Shown: positions 38,735-50,066 of the stretch, piece after piece
Layout of the letters: each line of letters opens with the position of its first letter
Position numbering within the stretch: the first letter of the stretch is position 1
DNA from: Nitrospirota bacterium
GTDB lineage: Bacteria > Nitrospirota > UBA9217
Reading direction: 5' to 3'
NCBI GenBank assembly: GCA_029858565.1
Contig: JAOUEV010000001.1
Location: 156,678 to 220,677, forward strand
DNA length: 64,000 bases
Program-made: the position numbers and the translations under genes
The notes under the pieces: generated by a model
Databases searched by the model: none
What the model saw: the letters and a program-made list of their open reading frames with translations, nothing else
Told to the model about the DNA's origin: nothing

Positions 38735-39724
38735 TTATTTTCCGTTCCTGGTCTGCAAAAAGGCAAGCAGGCTGTCTGCCGCGGCGGCCGGCGACGTCTT
38801 CTTTTCTTCCACGTCCCTTCGTAACCGCGGAAGGGTTTCCCGAACATGCGGGCTGGCGTAGAACCATTGCCGCAATCCGTCATCAAGCAGGAAATTCATC
38901 CAGTCGAGGTCCTGGGCCTTTCTCTTTTCCGCCAGATCGCCGCTCTCCGTCAATTTGTCGCGATGGTCCAGGATGGTTTTCCAGATCGCATCGATCCCCT
39001 TGCCTTCCCTGGCGCTGCAGGTAAGGACCGGCGGGCGCCAATTCGGGCTGGCGGGCATGAGCATGTTCAAGGCCGACTGATACTCCTTCTGAGCGCTCTC
39101 GGCCCGCACCAGGTTGTCGCCGTCTGCCTTGTTGATGACAACGGCGTCGGCCACTTCGAGTACGCCTTTTTTCATGCCCTGCAGCTCGTCACCTGCTCCG
39201 GCGATCATCAGTACCAGGAAAAAATCGACCATGGAGGCGACGGTTGTCTCCGATTGCCCGACACCCATCGTCTCGATGATCACCACATCATAACCCGCGG
39301 CCTCGCACACGAGCAGGGTCTCCCGGGTCCTTCTGCCGACGCCGCCGAGCGTTCCCCCTGAAGGGGAGGGGCGGATAAAGGCGTTGGGATCGATTGCCAG
39401 CTTTTCCATGCGGGTCTTGTCGCCCAGGATACTGCCGCCGCTGCGGCTACTGCTCGGGTCGATGGCCAGGACGGCAACACGGTGCCCCTGGGCTGTGAGC
39501 ATGGTTCCGAACCGTTCGATGAAGGTGCTCTTGCCCGCGCCGGGAACTCCGGTGATGCCGACGCGGATGCTGCGGCCGGTATGCGGAAGGAGCCGGTCAA
39601 CGATGGTCCGGGCGAGCTCCTGATGGGCCGGAAGCGTGCTCTCGATGAGCGTGATGGTCTTGGCGAGCATCAGGCTGTCGCGGTTCAGTACGCCTGTTAC
39701 GTAGTGTTGGGGGTCCTGGATCAT
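38735..39724 (-). CDS. meaB: Methylmalonyl-CoA mutase-associated GTPase
   Basis: [13 protein letters not shown]...[15 protein letters not shown]. Confidence 0.95.
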   Translation of the reverse strand: MIQDPQHYVTGVLNRDSLMLAKTITLIESTLPAHQELARTIVDRLLPHTGRSIRVGITGVPGAGKSTFIERFGTMLTAQGHRVAVLAIDPSSSRSGGSILGDKTRMEKLAIDPNAFIRPSPSGGTLGGVGRRTRETLLVCEAAGYDVVIIETMGVGQSETTVASMVDFFLVLMIAGAGDELQGMKKGVLEVADAVVINKADGDNLVRAESAQKEYQSALNMLMPASPNWRPPVLTCSAREGKGIDAIWKTILDHRDKLTESGDLAEKRKAQDLDWMNFLLDDGLRQWFYASPHVRETLPRLRRDVEEKKTSPAAAADSLLAFLQTRNGK

Positions 39725-41868
39725 ATTCTTCGAAGATATTTCTCTTCCAGCAGCGCAAGCGTTCTATCGGCCGACTCCGGGATCGGCGTCCCTGGCCCGA
39801 ACACAGCCTTGACCCCGGCCTTGTACAGGAAATCATAGTCCCTGGGAGGGATGACGCCGCCGGCGACAACGAGTATCTCTCCGCCGCCGATCCGTTTCAG
39901 CTCTTCGATCAGGGCGGGAATGAGCAGCTTGTGCCCGGCCGCAAGGGACGATGCGCCGACGACATGGACGTCGTTCTCGATGGCCATCTTCGCCGCTTCT
40001 TCAGGGCTCTGGAACATGGGGCTGATGTCCACATCGAAGCCGAGGTCGGCATAGGCGCTGGCTATTACTTTAAAACCCCGGTCATGGCCGTCCTGGCCCA
40101 TCTTGGTGACCAGGATGCGCGGCCTGCGGCCCTGCTTTTCCAGGAACGCCGTTGTCCGCCGGCGCAGCGCTGTGACCGCATTATTGTCGCCGCTGTATCC
40201 CGACGCATAGGCGCCGGAGATGCAGCGGGTCGTGGCCACGAAGCGGCCGAACACCGATTCCATGGCATCGGAGATCTCGCCCAGCGTGGCCCGGGCCCGG
40301 ACCGCGGGCAGTGCGGCCTCCAGCAGGTTGCCGCCATTCTTCGCCACGCTGGTCAGGTCTGCCAAGGCTTTTTCGACGGCCTTCTTGTCGCGGCTGGCCT
40401 TGATCTCTTTAAGGCGGCTGATCTGCTCGTCGCGAACGGTCGCCGGCACTTCCCGGACCTCGAAATCGATGGTCTCGTTGGCAAGCTTGTATTTGTTTAC
40501 GCCCACGATCACGTCGAGGCCCTGATCGACCCGTGCCTGCTTCCGTGCCGCCGACTCCTCGATGCGCAGTTTCGGCATGCCGCTCTCGATGGCCTTGGCC
40601 ATTCCGCCGAGCTTCTCGATCTCGTCGAATATTTTCTGGGCTTCACTGACGATGCTGCTGGTCAGTGATTCGAGATAGTACGAGCCGCCGAGGGGATCGA
40701 TGACATGACAGATCTCCGACTCCTCCTGGATGATGAGCTGGGTGTTGCGGGCGATGCGGCTGGAGAGGTCCGTCGGCAGGCCGATGGCCTCGTCAAATGA
40801 GTTCGTATGGAGGGACTGGGTGCCGCCGAGCGCGGCGGTCATGGCCTCGAGCGTGGTCCGGATGATGTTGTTGTAGGGGTCCTGCTCGGTGAGGCTCCAC
40901 CCCGATGTCTGGCAGTGGGTGCGGAGCATGGAGGACTTGGGGTTCCTGGGATTGAACTGGCTCATGAGCCGGTGCCAGAGGAACCTTGCCGCACGGAGCA
41001 TGGCAATGTCCATGAAGAAGTTCATGCCGATACCGAAGAAGAACGAGAGCCGCGGAGCAAAGGTATCCACATCCATGCCGCTCCTGAGCGCCGCCCGTAC
41101 GTACTCGACGCCGTCGGCAAGGGTGAAAGCCGTTTGCAGGACGCTGTTGGCGCCTGCTTCCATCATGTGGTAGCCGCTGATGCTGATCGTGTTGTACTTG
41201 GGCATCTCCCTGGAGCAATAGGCGATGATGTCCGCGACAATGCGCATTGACGGGGCAGGCGGGTAGATGTAGGTGTTCCGGGTGAGATACTCCTTGAGGA
41301 TGTCGTTCTGGATCGTGCCTTCGAGCTTGTCGCGGCTGACGCCCTGTTCCTCGGCGGCGATGATGTACATGGCGAGGATGGGAATGACCGCGCCGTTCAT
41401 GGTCATCGATACGGACATTCGGTCGAGCGGGATTCCGTTGAACAGGATCTTCATGTCCTCGACGGAATCGATTGCAACGCCGGCTTTGCCCACATCGCCC
41501 ACGACGCGCGGATGGTCGGAATCATACCCCCGGTGGGTCGCAAGATCGAAGGCAACGGACAGGCCTTTCTGGCCGGAGGCCAGGGCTGTATGGAAAAAGG
41601 CGTTCGATTCCTTTGCTGTCGAGAAACCGGCATACTGGCGGATGGTCCACGGCCGCCCCGTATACATGGTGGCCATGGGGCCCCGGACGTACGGAGCCAG
41701 GCCGGGGAGGGTGTTGACCGATTCCATGCCCTCCAGGTCCTCGGCAGTATAGAGCGGTTTGACGGTGATACCTTCCGGAGTTGTCCAGGAAAGCGTGTCC
41801 ACCGACTTTCCCTTCATCTCCTTTTCGGCGGTCTCTTTCCATTTTGGCAGATGCGGATGGTGTGCCAT
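39721..41868 (-). CDS. scpA: Methylmalonyl-CoA mutase (B12-dependent)
   Basis: [33 protein letters not shown]. Confidence 0.96.
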   Translation of the reverse strand: MAHHPHLPKWKETAEKEMKGKSVDTLSWTTPEGITVKPLYTAEDLEGMESVNTLPGLAPYVRGPMATMYTGRPWTIRQYAGFSTAKESNAFFHTALASGQKGLSVAFDLATHRGYDSDHPRVVGDVGKAGVAIDSVEDMKILFNGIPLDRMSVSMTMNGAVIPILAMYIIAAEEQGVSRDKLEGTIQNDILKEYLTRNTYIYPPAPSMRIVADIIAYCSREMPKYNTISISGYHMMEAGANSVLQTAFTLADGVEYVRAALRSGMDVDTFAPRLSFFFGIGMNFFMDIAMLRAARFLWHRLMSQFNPRNPKSSMLRTHCQTSGWSLTEQDPYNNIIRTTLEAMTAALGGTQSLHTNSFDEAIGLPTDLSSRIARNTQLIIQEESEICHVIDPLGGSYYLESLTSSIVSEAQKIFDEIEKLGGMAKAIESGMPKLRIEESAARKQARVDQGLDVIVGVNKYKLANETIDFEVREVPATVRDEQISRLKEIKASRDKKAVEKALADLTSVAKNGGNLLEAALPAVRARATLGEISDAMESVFGRFVATTRCISGAYASGYSGDNNAVTALRRRTTAFLEKQGRRPRILVTKMGQDGHDRGFKVIASAYADLGFDVDISPMFQSPEEAAKMAIENDVHVVGASSLAAGHKLLIPALIEELKRIGGGEILVVAGGVIPPRDYDFLYKAGVKAVFGPGTPIPESADRTLALLEEKYLRRI

Positions 41869-41905
41869 GGGTTACCCCTTGATAAAACGATAAAAAAACT
41901 TGTCT

Positions 41906-41988
41906 CTCACGAAGCCACGAAGTCACGAAGAAATGCCTTCGAGACAATATTCAGGTTTCCCTTTGTGGTCTTTGTGACTTCGTGTGAG
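41906..41988. repeat. Inverted CACGAAG octamer-period arrays
   Basis: cacgaag x3 ... ctttgtg, ctttgtg, cttcgtg. Confidence 0.8.
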
Positions 41989-42058
41989 GAACGAATTTTA
42001 CGAATCTATCACTCCTTGGCCGAATGGTATTTCATGCCTGTAAACGCGAATAAGACTG

Positions 42059-42460
42059 TCAACGCTCGCAGAGCTCGACCAGGACCCCTCCGGTGAACTT
42101 GGGGTGCAGGAAGGCGATCTTGGCGCCGCCCGCACCGGTTCGGGGTTTTTCGTCGATGAGCTGAATGCCTTTTTCCTTGAGCTCTTTCAGGGCCTCTTCG
42201 ATGTTCTCCACTCGGAAGGCGACATGCTGGAACCCGGGGCCCTTCTTTTCGATGAACTTTGCCACCGGCCCGTCGGGCGAGGTCGACTCGAGAAGCTCCA
42301 CCTCGCTGTCGCCGACGGGAAAAAAGGCTGTGGTCACTTTCTGTGCTTCCACCGTTTCCGAGCCTTCGAACTTCAGGCCGAGCACGTCGGACCAGAAGGA
42401 TTTTCCCTCGGTTATATTGTTGACAGCTATGCCGAGGTGGTCGATCTTGAGAATTTTCAT
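42059..42460 (-). CDS. mce: Methylmalonyl-CoA epimerase
   Basis: DHLGIAV, ELLE, HVAFRV, FLHPK...GVLVELCE. Confidence 0.95.
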   Translation of the reverse strand: MKILKIDHLGIAVNNITEGKSFWSDVLGLKFEGSETVEAQKVTTAFFPVGDSEVELLESTSPDGPVAKFIEKKGPGFQHVAFRVENIEEALKELKEKGIQLIDEKPRTGAGGAKIAFLHPKFTGGVLVELCER

Positions 42461-42478
42461 TGCGTGCCTCCCGTGAGA

Positions 42479-43348
42479 TCAAAAAACTTTGGCGCAGAGA
42501 TCGCCGAACGTGCCGAGGTCCTCGCAGACATGGATGCCAGCTTCCTTCATGACCGCGATCTTTGACTGTGCCGTGCCGCTGTTCCCGCTGACGATCGCCC
42601 CTGCATGTCCCATGCGTCTGCCCGGGGGAGCGCTTAATCCTGCGACGAAACCGACCACGGGCTTGGTCACATTTGCCTTGATAAAGGCGGCAGCCTCTTC
42701 CTCTGCGGTACCGCCGATCTCGCCTACCATGACGATGCCCTTGGTCTCCTTGTCCTCCTGGAAGGCCTTGAGACAGTCGATGAAGTTCGTGCCGTTCACG
42801 GGATCGCCGCCGATGCCGACGCAGGTTGTCTGGCCAATGCCCTTCGAGGTCAGCTGATGCACCACCTCGTAGGTGAGGGTGCCGGAGCGTGACACAACGC
42901 CAATGGGGCCGCCGGGCTTATGGATGAAGCCGGGCATGATGCCGATCTTGCACCGGCCCGGCGTGATGATGCCCGGGCAGTTCGGTCCGATGAGCCGGGT
43001 CTTTTTCCCGGACAGAAGGTTCTTGATGCGCAGCATGTCGAGCACCGGAATGCCTTCGGTGATCGCGACAACGAGATCGATCTCCGCGTCGATCGCTTCC
43101 TTGATCGCTTGCGCGGCAAAGGCCGGAGGCACGAAGATCATGCTGCAGTTCGCTCCGGTTGCCTGCACAGCTTCCCGGACCGTATTGAATACCGGCACGG
43201 CGTCCATCATCTGCCCGCCCTTGCCGGGGGTCACGCCGGCCACGACCTGGGTGCCGTATTCGATGCACTGCCGTGTATGGAACTGGCCTTCCTTGCCGGT
43301 GATGCCCTGGACAAGCAGTTTTGTCTCATTATTTACGAAAATGGACAT
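42479..43348 (-). CDS. sucD: Succinyl-CoA synthetase alpha
   Basis: [27 protein letters not shown]. Confidence 0.96.
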   Translation of the reverse strand: MSIFVNNETKLLVQGITGKEGQFHTRQCIEYGTQVVAGVTPGKGGQMMDAVPVFNTVREAVQATGANCSMIFVPPAFAAQAIKEAIDAEIDLVVAITEGIPVLDMLRIKNLLSGKKTRLIGPNCPGIITPGRCKIGIMPGFIHKPGGPIGVVSRSGTLTYEVVHQLTSKGIGQTTCVGIGGDPVNGTNFIDCLKAFQEDKETKGIVMVGEIGGTAEEEAAAFIKANVTKPVVGFVAGLSAPPGRRMGHAGAIVSGNSGTAQSKIAVMKEAGIHVCEDLGTFGDLCAKVF

Positions 43349-43403
43349 GGTCTTCACTCTCACTAAAACCTGGATAAACCGGAGGCATATGATCAAAGGC
43401 GTC

Positions 43404-43487
43404 TCGCGCAAAGACGCCAAGACGCAAAGGAAAGCTAAGACGGAGCCTGTTGTTTGTCTTTCTTGGCGCCTTTGCGGCTTTGCGCGA
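43404..43487. repeat. Inverted CGCAAAG octamer arrays between sucC and sucD
   Basis: tcgcgcaaag acgccaag acgcaaag ... cttggcgc ctttgcgg ctttgcgcga. Confidence 0.85.
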
Positions 43488-43540
43488 AAATGTTCTTGCC
43501 GTTTGAAGTGGATTTTGATCCCTTGGTAACTATCATATAT

Positions 43541-44704
43541 TCACGCCCTGGCGATGGCCGCGATCTTTCCGGCGGCATCATGCAGGCTTTCGGCAGTGAT
43601 CAGGTTCAGCCCCGAGGCGGCCAGGATCTCCCTGCCTTTGTCCACGTTCGTTCCCATCATCCTGATCACCACAGGAACTTTAATGCCCGTCTTCCGGGCG
43701 GCCTTGACAACTCCCTCGGCCAGCACGTCGCACCGGAGGATCCCGCCGAAGATGTTGATCAGGATGCCCTTGACATTGGGGTCGCTCAGGATGATGCGAA
43801 AGCCGTTCTCGACCATCTCCTCGTTCGCACCGCCGCCAACGTCGAGGAAGTTCGCAGGCTCGGCGCCGGCGGCCTTGATGAGGTCCATGGTGGCCATGGC
43901 AAGGCCCGCGCCGTTCACCATGTTCCCGATGGTGCCGTGGAGGTTGATGTAGTTGAGGTTGTACTTCGAGGCTTCCACTTCCTTGGGATCCTCTTCATCG
44001 AGGTCCCGGTACTTCAGGAGATCCTTCTGCCGGAACAGGGCATTGTCGTCGATCTCCATCTTCGCGTCCAGCGCGATCAGGGTCTCCCGGTTGGTGATCA
44101 CGAGCGGATTGATCTCAAGCAACGAGCAGTCGGTCTTGATGAAAAGGCCGTACAGGTTCTCGACCAGCGTGGTGAACGCTACGGCAAGGGGACCGGCAAG
44201 GTCGAGACGCGCGGCGATCTCCCGGGATTGGCCAGGCTCGATCCCGGTAAGCGGATTGATCATGAGCTTGATTATCTTTTCGGGGTGCTGGGCAGCGACC
44301 TCTTCGATGTTCATGCCCCCGGCCCGGCTGGCAATGATCATGATCTTCGCAGTGGAACGGTCGGGCAGGATGGAGAAATAGAGCTCATGGGCGATATCAA
44401 GGCCTTGCTCGACCAGGAGCTTTCCGACCTTTTTCCCCTGAGGTCCTGTCTGGGGGGTTACGAGCGGTTTGCCCAGAATGGCTGCCGCAGTGCTTCGGAC
44501 CTCATCGATTGTCTTTGTGAGCTTGACGCCGCCGCCTTTGCCGCGGCCGCCGGCATGGATCTGCGCCTTGACCACCACGGGGAATCCGCCGAGCTTTGCC
44601 GCCGCTGCGCAGGCTTCGTCGGGGGTCGCAGCGATGTATCCTTCGGGCACAGGAATATGATGGTTCCGGAAAACTTCTTTGGCCTGATATTCGTGGATCT
44701 TCAT
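43541..44704 (-). CDS. sucC: Succinyl-CoA synthetase beta
   Basis: HEYQAK, KAQIHAGGRGKGGGV, EINPL, NGAGLAMATMD, NIFGGI. Confidence 0.96.
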   Translation of the reverse strand: MKIHEYQAKEVFRNHHIPVPEGYIAATPDEACAAAAKLGGFPVVVKAQIHAGGRGKGGGVKLTKTIDEVRSTAAAILGKPLVTPQTGPQGKKVGKLLVEQGLDIAHELYFSILPDRSTAKIMIIASRAGGMNIEEVAAQHPEKIIKLMINPLTGIEPGQSREIAARLDLAGPLAVAFTTLVENLYGLFIKTDCSLLEINPLVITNRETLIALDAKMEIDDNALFRQKDLLKYRDLDEEDPKEVEASKYNLNYINLHGTIGNMVNGAGLAMATMDLIKAAGAEPANFLDVGGGANEEMVENGFRIILSDPNVKGILINIFGGILRCDVLAEGVVKAARKTGIKVPVVIRMMGTNVDKGREILAASGLNLITAESLHDAAGKIAAIARA

Positions 44705-44725
44705 GGGACCGCTTTCTTGATGTCG

Positions 44726-45568
44726 CTATTCGATCTGGCGTGCAAGGCCGGCAAGAACGGTCCCCGGGCCGACCTCGATGAACGTGTCAGCGCCTTGACC
44801 ACGCAGGCTTTTGACCGTCTCGACCCACCGCACACTGCTGGTGATCTGTTTGACGAGGTTCGATGCGACAGCATCATCCGTGTACGGCTGAGCGCTGCAG
44901 TTGGCGATGCAGGGGATCTTCAGTTTGTTGAAGCTGAATCCCTTCAGGAATGTCTGGAACTCGTCCGCAGCCGGCTTCATATAGCGGCTGTGAAAAGCGC
45001 CGCTGACTGGGAGAATGACCGCGCGCCGGGCCCCTTTGTCCTTGAGCCGGGGAGCAAATGCTTCGATGTCAGCCTTGGGACCGGAAATTACCGTCTGGCC
45101 CGGGGAATTGAAATTGGCGACATCAATACTTCCGGCCCCCAACTCGGCCAGGGCCGACGCAACGGCATCGCCCGTCATGCCCAGGATAGCTGCCATGCCG
45201 CCGCCGGTGGCCGCGTTCATCAGTGCGCCGCGCTTCTGGACCAGCTTGAGGCCGACGCCAAAATCGAATGCACCCGCGGCATACAACGCGGCATATTCGC
45301 CCAGGCTGTGGCCGATCACGAAATCCGGCCTGATCTTCTCATCCTCGACCTTCGCCAGATAGCTGAGGCTATCGACGACATACAGCGCGGGCTGGGTGTA
45401 ATCGGTACGCTTGAGCCTGTCGTCAGGATCGGTGAGGCAGAGTTCCTTGATCGAATAGCCGAGGATCGCGTCTGCTTCAGCGACCAGGTCGGGATATCGA
45501 TCGAAGAGCCCTGATCCCATCCCCACGGATTGGGAGCCCTGCCCGGGGAACATAAACACTAGTGCCAT
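44726..45568 (-). CDS. fabD: Malonyl-CoA:ACP transacylase, PksC/trans-AT-like
   Basis: FPGQGSQ, ILGYSIKELCL, TQPALYVV, GHSLGEY, NFNSPGQ, VSGAFHS, EVGPG. Confidence 0.9.
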   Translation of the reverse strand: MALVFMFPGQGSQSVGMGSGLFDRYPDLVAEADAILGYSIKELCLTDPDDRLKRTDYTQPALYVVDSLSYLAKVEDEKIRPDFVIGHSLGEYAALYAAGAFDFGVGLKLVQKRGALMNAATGGGMAAILGMTGDAVASALAELGAGSIDVANFNSPGQTVISGPKADIEAFAPRLKDKGARRAVILPVSGAFHSRYMKPAADEFQTFLKGFSFNKLKIPCIANCSAQPYTDDAVASNLVKQITSSVRWVETVKSLRGQGADTFIEVGPGTVLAGLARQIE

Positions 45569-45630
45569 GAACTACCTCCGGATGTTATTGAATGAGCCGC
45601 ATTACATGATGAAGTCGAAAAAACGATTTT

Positions 45631-45710
45631 CACCACGGAGACACCGAGGATACTGAGACAAATCGATAGATCTCAAATCGCTTTTCTCCGTGTCTCCGTG
45701 CCTCAGCGGT
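45631..45710. repeat. Inverted CACGGAG 8-9-mer arrays between prpE and fabD
   Basis: caccacggag acaccgag gatactgag ... ctccgtgt ctccgtgc ctcagcggt. Confidence 0.8.
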
Positions 45711-45750
45711 AGACCTAGCATTCTTACGAATCCATGAGTAACCGTTCCTC

Positions 45751-47646
45751 CTACTTCTTCCCGTACCCGATGCCCTTGATGGCCTCCTCGATCTCCGGGA
45801 GGATCGCCGGGTCGTCGATGGTCGAGGGCATGGTGTAGGACTCGCCGTCGGCGATCTTGCGCATGGTCCCGCGCAGAATCTTGCCGGACCGGGTCTTGGG
45901 CAGCCGCTTCACCACCGCCGTCTCCTTGTAGCAGGCGATGGGGCCGATCTGGTCGCGGATGAGCAGCGAGAGTTCTTTCTGGATCTCGGCAGCAGAGCGG
46001 TTCGCGCCGGACTTCAGCACGCAAAGACCGACCGGGACCTGGCCCTTGAGACCGTCGTGCACGCCGATGACCGCGCATTCGGCCACGTCCTTGTGCGTGG
46101 CAACGACCTCCTCCATCTCGCCCGTGGAAAGCCGGTGGCCTGCCACATTGATCACGTCGTCCACGCGGCCCATGATGTAGACATACCCGTCCTTGTCGAC
46201 GTGGCCGCCGTCGGCGGTGAAGTAGTAGCCCGGGAAGGGGTTGATGTAGGATTCCTGGAATCTCTGGTCAGCGTTCCAGAGCGTTGGAAGCGTGCCGGGA
46301 GGCAGGGGGAGTTTTACGGTCACAAGCCCCTCGGTCTCCGCCGGGACCTCCTTGCCGTTCGTGTCGAGGATCCGCACGTCGAAGCCCGGCACGGGCTTGG
46401 TGGACGAGCCCGGCTTCACGGGGAACTGCTCTATGCCCATGGAGTTGGCGGTGATGGGCCAGCCGGTCTCGGTCTGCCACCAGTGGTCGATAACCGGCTT
46501 CTTCAAAAGGTTGCTTGCCCAGTGATAGGTGTCCGGATCCAGCCGTTCGCCGGCCAGGAAGAGGGCGCTGAACTTCGAAAGGTCGTACTTCTTCACGAAC
46601 TCGCCGTTGGGATCCTCTTTCTTGATGGCCCGGAAGGCCGTCGGCGCGGTGAACAGCACCTTCACGTTGTGCTGGGATATGACGCGCCAGAAGGCGCCGG
46701 CGTCGGGCGTACCGATGGGCTTGCCCTCGTACACGATGGTGGTGCAGCCTGTCAGGAGCGGCGCGTAGACGATGTAGGAGTGGCCGACCACCCAGCCCAC
46801 GTCCGAGGCTGCCCAGAAAACCTCGCCTGGCTTTACGTTGTAGATGTTCTCGACGCTCCAGCGCAGAGCCACGGCGTGTCCGCCGTTGTCCCGCACGATG
46901 CCCTTGGGCTTGCCCGTGGTGCCGGAGGTGTAGAGGATATAGAGGGGATCGGTTGCCTTGACCGGCACGCACTCGGCGGGCTTCGCCGTGGCCACAGCTT
47001 CGTTCCAGTCCACGTCTCGTCCCGGAGTGAGCGCGGCCTTCACGAGATCGCGCTGGAATATGACGCATTTCTCGGGCTTGTGGTGCGACTCCGCGATGGC
47101 ACGGTCTATCAGGGGCTTGTATTCGAGGACCTTGGCGCCTTCCTTGGCGCCCGAGGCGGTGACGATGACCTTGGGCTTCGCGTCGTCGATGCGGATTGCA
47201 AGCTCGTGGGGCGCGAAGCCTCCGAACACCACTGAGTGGGTTGCGCCGAGGCGGGCGCAGGCCAGCATGGCGATGACGGCCTGCGGGATCATGGGCATGT
47301 AGATGATGACCGTCGTGCCCTTCTCCACGCCGAGGCCGCGGAGGGCTCCGGCGAAGAGGGCAACCTCGTCGCGAAGCTCCCGGTAAGTGTATTTCCTGAT
47401 GGTGTTCGTGACCGGGCTGTCGTAAATGAGCGCCGTCTGGTCGGCCCGGCCGCTGTCCACGTGGCGGTCAAGAGCATTGTGGCAGGTGTTCAGCTCTGCG
47501 CCGGAGAACCAGCGGTAGAAAGGTTTGTTCGAATCGTCAAGGACCTTGTTCCACTTCCTCGACCACGTTATCGTTTCCGCCGCGTCGCCCCAGAACCCCT
47601 CCGGGTCCTTGATGCTCCTCTGAAATAGATCGTTGTATTTCCCCAT
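45751..47646 (-). CDS. prpE: Propionyl-CoA synthetase (AMP-forming)
   Basis: YTSGTTGKPKG, SDVGWVVGHSY, DHWWQTETG, GRVDD, LPKTRSGKILR. Confidence 0.9.
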   Translation of the reverse strand: MGKYNDLFQRSIKDPEGFWGDAAETITWSRKWNKVLDDSNKPFYRWFSGAELNTCHNALDRHVDSGRADQTALIYDSPVTNTIRKYTYRELRDEVALFAGALRGLGVEKGTTVIIYMPMIPQAVIAMLACARLGATHSVVFGGFAPHELAIRIDDAKPKVIVTASGAKEGAKVLEYKPLIDRAIAESHHKPEKCVIFQRDLVKAALTPGRDVDWNEAVATAKPAECVPVKATDPLYILYTSGTTGKPKGIVRDNGGHAVALRWSVENIYNVKPGEVFWAASDVGWVVGHSYIVYAPLLTGCTTIVYEGKPIGTPDAGAFWRVISQHNVKVLFTAPTAFRAIKKEDPNGEFVKKYDLSKFSALFLAGERLDPDTYHWASNLLKKPVIDHWWQTETGWPITANSMGIEQFPVKPGSSTKPVPGFDVRILDTNGKEVPAETEGLVTVKLPLPPGTLPTLWNADQRFQESYINPFPGYYFTADGGHVDKDGYVYIMGRVDDVINVAGHRLSTGEMEEVVATHKDVAECAVIGVHDGLKGQVPVGLCVLKSGANRSAAEIQKELSLLIRDQIGPIACYKETAVVKRLPKTRSGKILRGTMRKIADGESYTMPSTIDDPAILPEIEEAIKGIGYGKK

Positions 47647-47790
47647 GAAACCCTCCTCTGAAGACAGGGTATTGAATACCTTTTCAGCATCCTCCGTACG
47701 GAGCGAAGGCCCTGCCTCCAGGAAAACGGATCAACGGCAGCGATGCAGCGCTACCGTCAAGCGCGCGGCGGACCACTGATGATACGCTGA

Positions 47791-47820
47791 ACTATAATAG
47801 CCTTTAAGCGTTTCTGTCAA
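47791..47820 (-). promoter_or_regulatory. sigma70 promoter of the prpE...pccA block
   Basis: TTGACA, 18 nt, TATAGT. Confidence 0.6.
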
Positions 47821-48051
47821 GCGGAATAAAGGCGTCTCAAGCTGGGATTTTGCTTTGTCTGAAACAGAAATGAGGTGATCGAAGATATCTCGTCGTGAGG
47901 AGGGTAGGCAGGGAAAGCGGGTTTCTTTCCTTTGCTCCGAGAGGCATTACCGGAAATGCCTCTGGTGCGGTTCCTGCAAGTTTCGTCAGGCGTCAGGCGC
48001 GGGAAACGAGTCTGTTGCCGTACGCTCCTACGCCTGACGTTTGTCGGGTCT

Positions 48052-49242
48052 TCAACCTCGAACTTCCCTGAACTTCTTGATCATCTCCGTCAGGACCTCG
48101 GTGACATCGCCCACGATGCCGTATGTCGCAACGTTGAAGATCGGCGCGTCGGGGTCCTTGTTGATGGCCACGATCGTTTCCGACGACTGCATGCCGGCAA
48201 CGTGCTGGATCGCGCCAGAGATGCCGCAGGCGATGTACAGCTTGGGGCAGACCGTCTTGCCGGTCTGCCCCACCTGGTGGGAGTAGGGGATCCACCCCTC
48301 GTCAACGGCCCCGCGGGTTGCGGCGACCGCGCCGCCCAGGACCTTGGCGAGTTCTTCAAGCAAGAGGAAGTTCTTCCGGCTTCCCAGCCCCCGTCCGCCT
48401 GCCACGATGATGTCCGCCTCGCAGATGTTCACGGTCTCGGTCAGCTCATCGACGGTCTTGAGCACCTTCGTGCGGACCGGACCGGAAGGCGTGTATTTCA
48501 CGTCGATGATCTCGCCCTTGCGGGAGTCGTCCCGCTGCGCAGGCTTCATGACCTTGTGGCGCACCGTGGCCATCTGGGGCCGGTGATTGGGCGTCACGAT
48601 CGTGGCCATGATGTTGCCGCCGAAGGCCGGACGGGTCTGGTGCAGATGGCCGGTGGCGTCATCGATATCAAGCATGGTGCAGTCCGCAGTGAGGCCCGCG
48701 TAGAGGGTCGACGCAACCTTGGGGAAGAAGGAGCGGCCGATGGCAGTCGCGCCAGCAAGGATGATCTCGGGTTTGTGCTGCTGTGCAAGCGCAGTCAGGA
48801 CCGCTGCGTAGGAATCGTCATTAAAATGTTCCAGCGCCGGGTCATTGCAGACGTACACGGCGTCCGCGCCATGGGCGATAAGCTCCTGTGCCTTGCTGCT
48901 GATCCCGGACCCGACGAGCACGGCCGAGAGCTTTGCCTTTTTCTTGTCTGCAAGCTTCCTGCCTTCGCCCAGAAGCTCGATGGACACGCTCGCGATACTG
49001 CCTTTATGCTGTTCAGCAAACACCCATACGCCCTTGTAGGCTGACAGGTCCTTTGCCGGACCGGTCGCTTCGATGGTCTTCTCAATGGCCTGGAACTGGC
49101 ATGCCTCGACGCAGGCGCCGCACATGGTGCAGGCATCGGTGATGACGGCCTTGCCGTCCTTCATCTCGATAGCGCCGAAGGGGCAGGCGGAAACACAGGT
49201 TTCGCAGCCGGTGCAGATATCCGGTTTGACTTTCACGCTCAC
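48052..49242 (-). CDS. etfA: Electron transfer flavoprotein alpha with N-terminal 2[4Fe-4S] ferredoxin domain
   Basis: [12 protein letters not shown] and [11 protein letters not shown]; [27 protein letters not shown]. Confidence 0.95.
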   Translation of the reverse strand: MSVKVKPDICTGCETCVSACPFGAIEMKDGKAVITDACTMCGACVEACQFQAIEKTIEATGPAKDLSAYKGVWVFAEQHKGSIASVSIELLGEGRKLADKKKAKLSAVLVGSGISSKAQELIAHGADAVYVCNDPALEHFNDDSYAAVLTALAQQHKPEIILAGATAIGRSFFPKVASTLYAGLTADCTMLDIDDATGHLHQTRPAFGGNIMATIVTPNHRPQMATVRHKVMKPAQRDDSRKGEIIDVKYTPSGPVRTKVLKTVDELTETVNICEADIIVAGGRGLGSRKNFLLLEELAKVLGGAVAATRGAVDEGWIPYSHQVGQTGKTVCPKLYIACGISGAIQHVAGMQSSETIVAINKDPDAPIFNVATYGIVGDVTEVLTEMIKKFREVRG

Positions 49243-49261
49243 GACGAACTCCTTGAAATTT

Positions 49262-50047
49262 CTAGATCAACGATTGTTCCTTGAGTTTTTTAGCAACTGC
49301 CGCCACCTGGTCGGCCACAGAGCCGGAGAGCATCTCGCGGCCCCCGCGGGGCGCAGGGGGGAAGATCCTGACGACCTGGGTCGGCGAGCCCTTGAGCCCG
49401 AGCTTGTTCTCGTCGGCGTTCACGTCCTTGGCGCTCCAGGCGGTCACCTTGAGGCTCTTGGCCTTCATCTTGCCCTTGAGCGAAGGGACGCGGGGCTGGT
49501 TGATCTCTTTCACCACCGTGATCAGGCAGGGGAGCGAGGTCTCGACGACGTCGTAGCCCTCGTCCATCATGCGCTCAACCACCATGGTGTCGTTCTCGAC
49601 CTTCTCGATCTTCCTTATATAGGCTATGAAGGGGATGCCGAGCATGTCCGCGGTCTCAGGACCCACCTGCGCGGTGTCTCCGTCAATGGCCTGCTTTCCC
49701 GCGATCACGAGGTCGTACTGGCCGATCTTCCGGATCCCCATGGAAAGGGCGTAGGAGGTCGCCCAGGTGTCTGCGCCGGCGAATGCCCGGTCCGACAGGA
49801 GCACCACGTCGTCCACGCCGAGCGAGACCGCTTCCTTGAGCGCTTCCGCGGCCTGGGGAGGCCCCATGGTAAGGGCCGTCACCTTGCCGCCGTGCTTCTC
49901 CCGCAAGCGGAGCGCTTCTTCGATGGCGAACATGTCAAAGGGGTTGATGATGCTCGGCACACCGTCGCGGATAAGGGTGTTGGTTTCCCGGTTGATCTTC
50001 ACTTCCGACGTGTCCGGGACCTGTTTGACCAGAACGATGATGTTCAT
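49262..50047 (-). CDS. etfB: Electron transfer flavoprotein beta
   Basis: KQVPD, INPFD, MGPPQA, FAGADTWATS, QAIDGDTAQVGP. Confidence 0.95.
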   Translation of the reverse strand: MNIIVLVKQVPDTSEVKINRETNTLIRDGVPSIINPFDMFAIEEALRLREKHGGKVTALTMGPPQAAEALKEAVSLGVDDVVLLSDRAFAGADTWATSYALSMGIRKIGQYDLVIAGKQAIDGDTAQVGPETADMLGIPFIAYIRKIEKVENDTMVVERMMDEGYDVVETSLPCLITVVKEINQPRVPSLKGKMKAKSLKVTAWSAKDVNADENKLGLKGSPTQVVRIFPPAPRGGREMLSGSVADQVAAVAKKLKEQSLI

Positions 50048-50066
50048 ATATCTGTTCTCCGAATGA

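Noticed and set aside
39721-41868. Mutase with altered specificity (isobutyryl- or hydroxyisobutyryl-CoA)
   Set aside because: It retains RQYAGF and ISGYH of methylmalonyl-CoA mutase and is flanked by mce and pcc.
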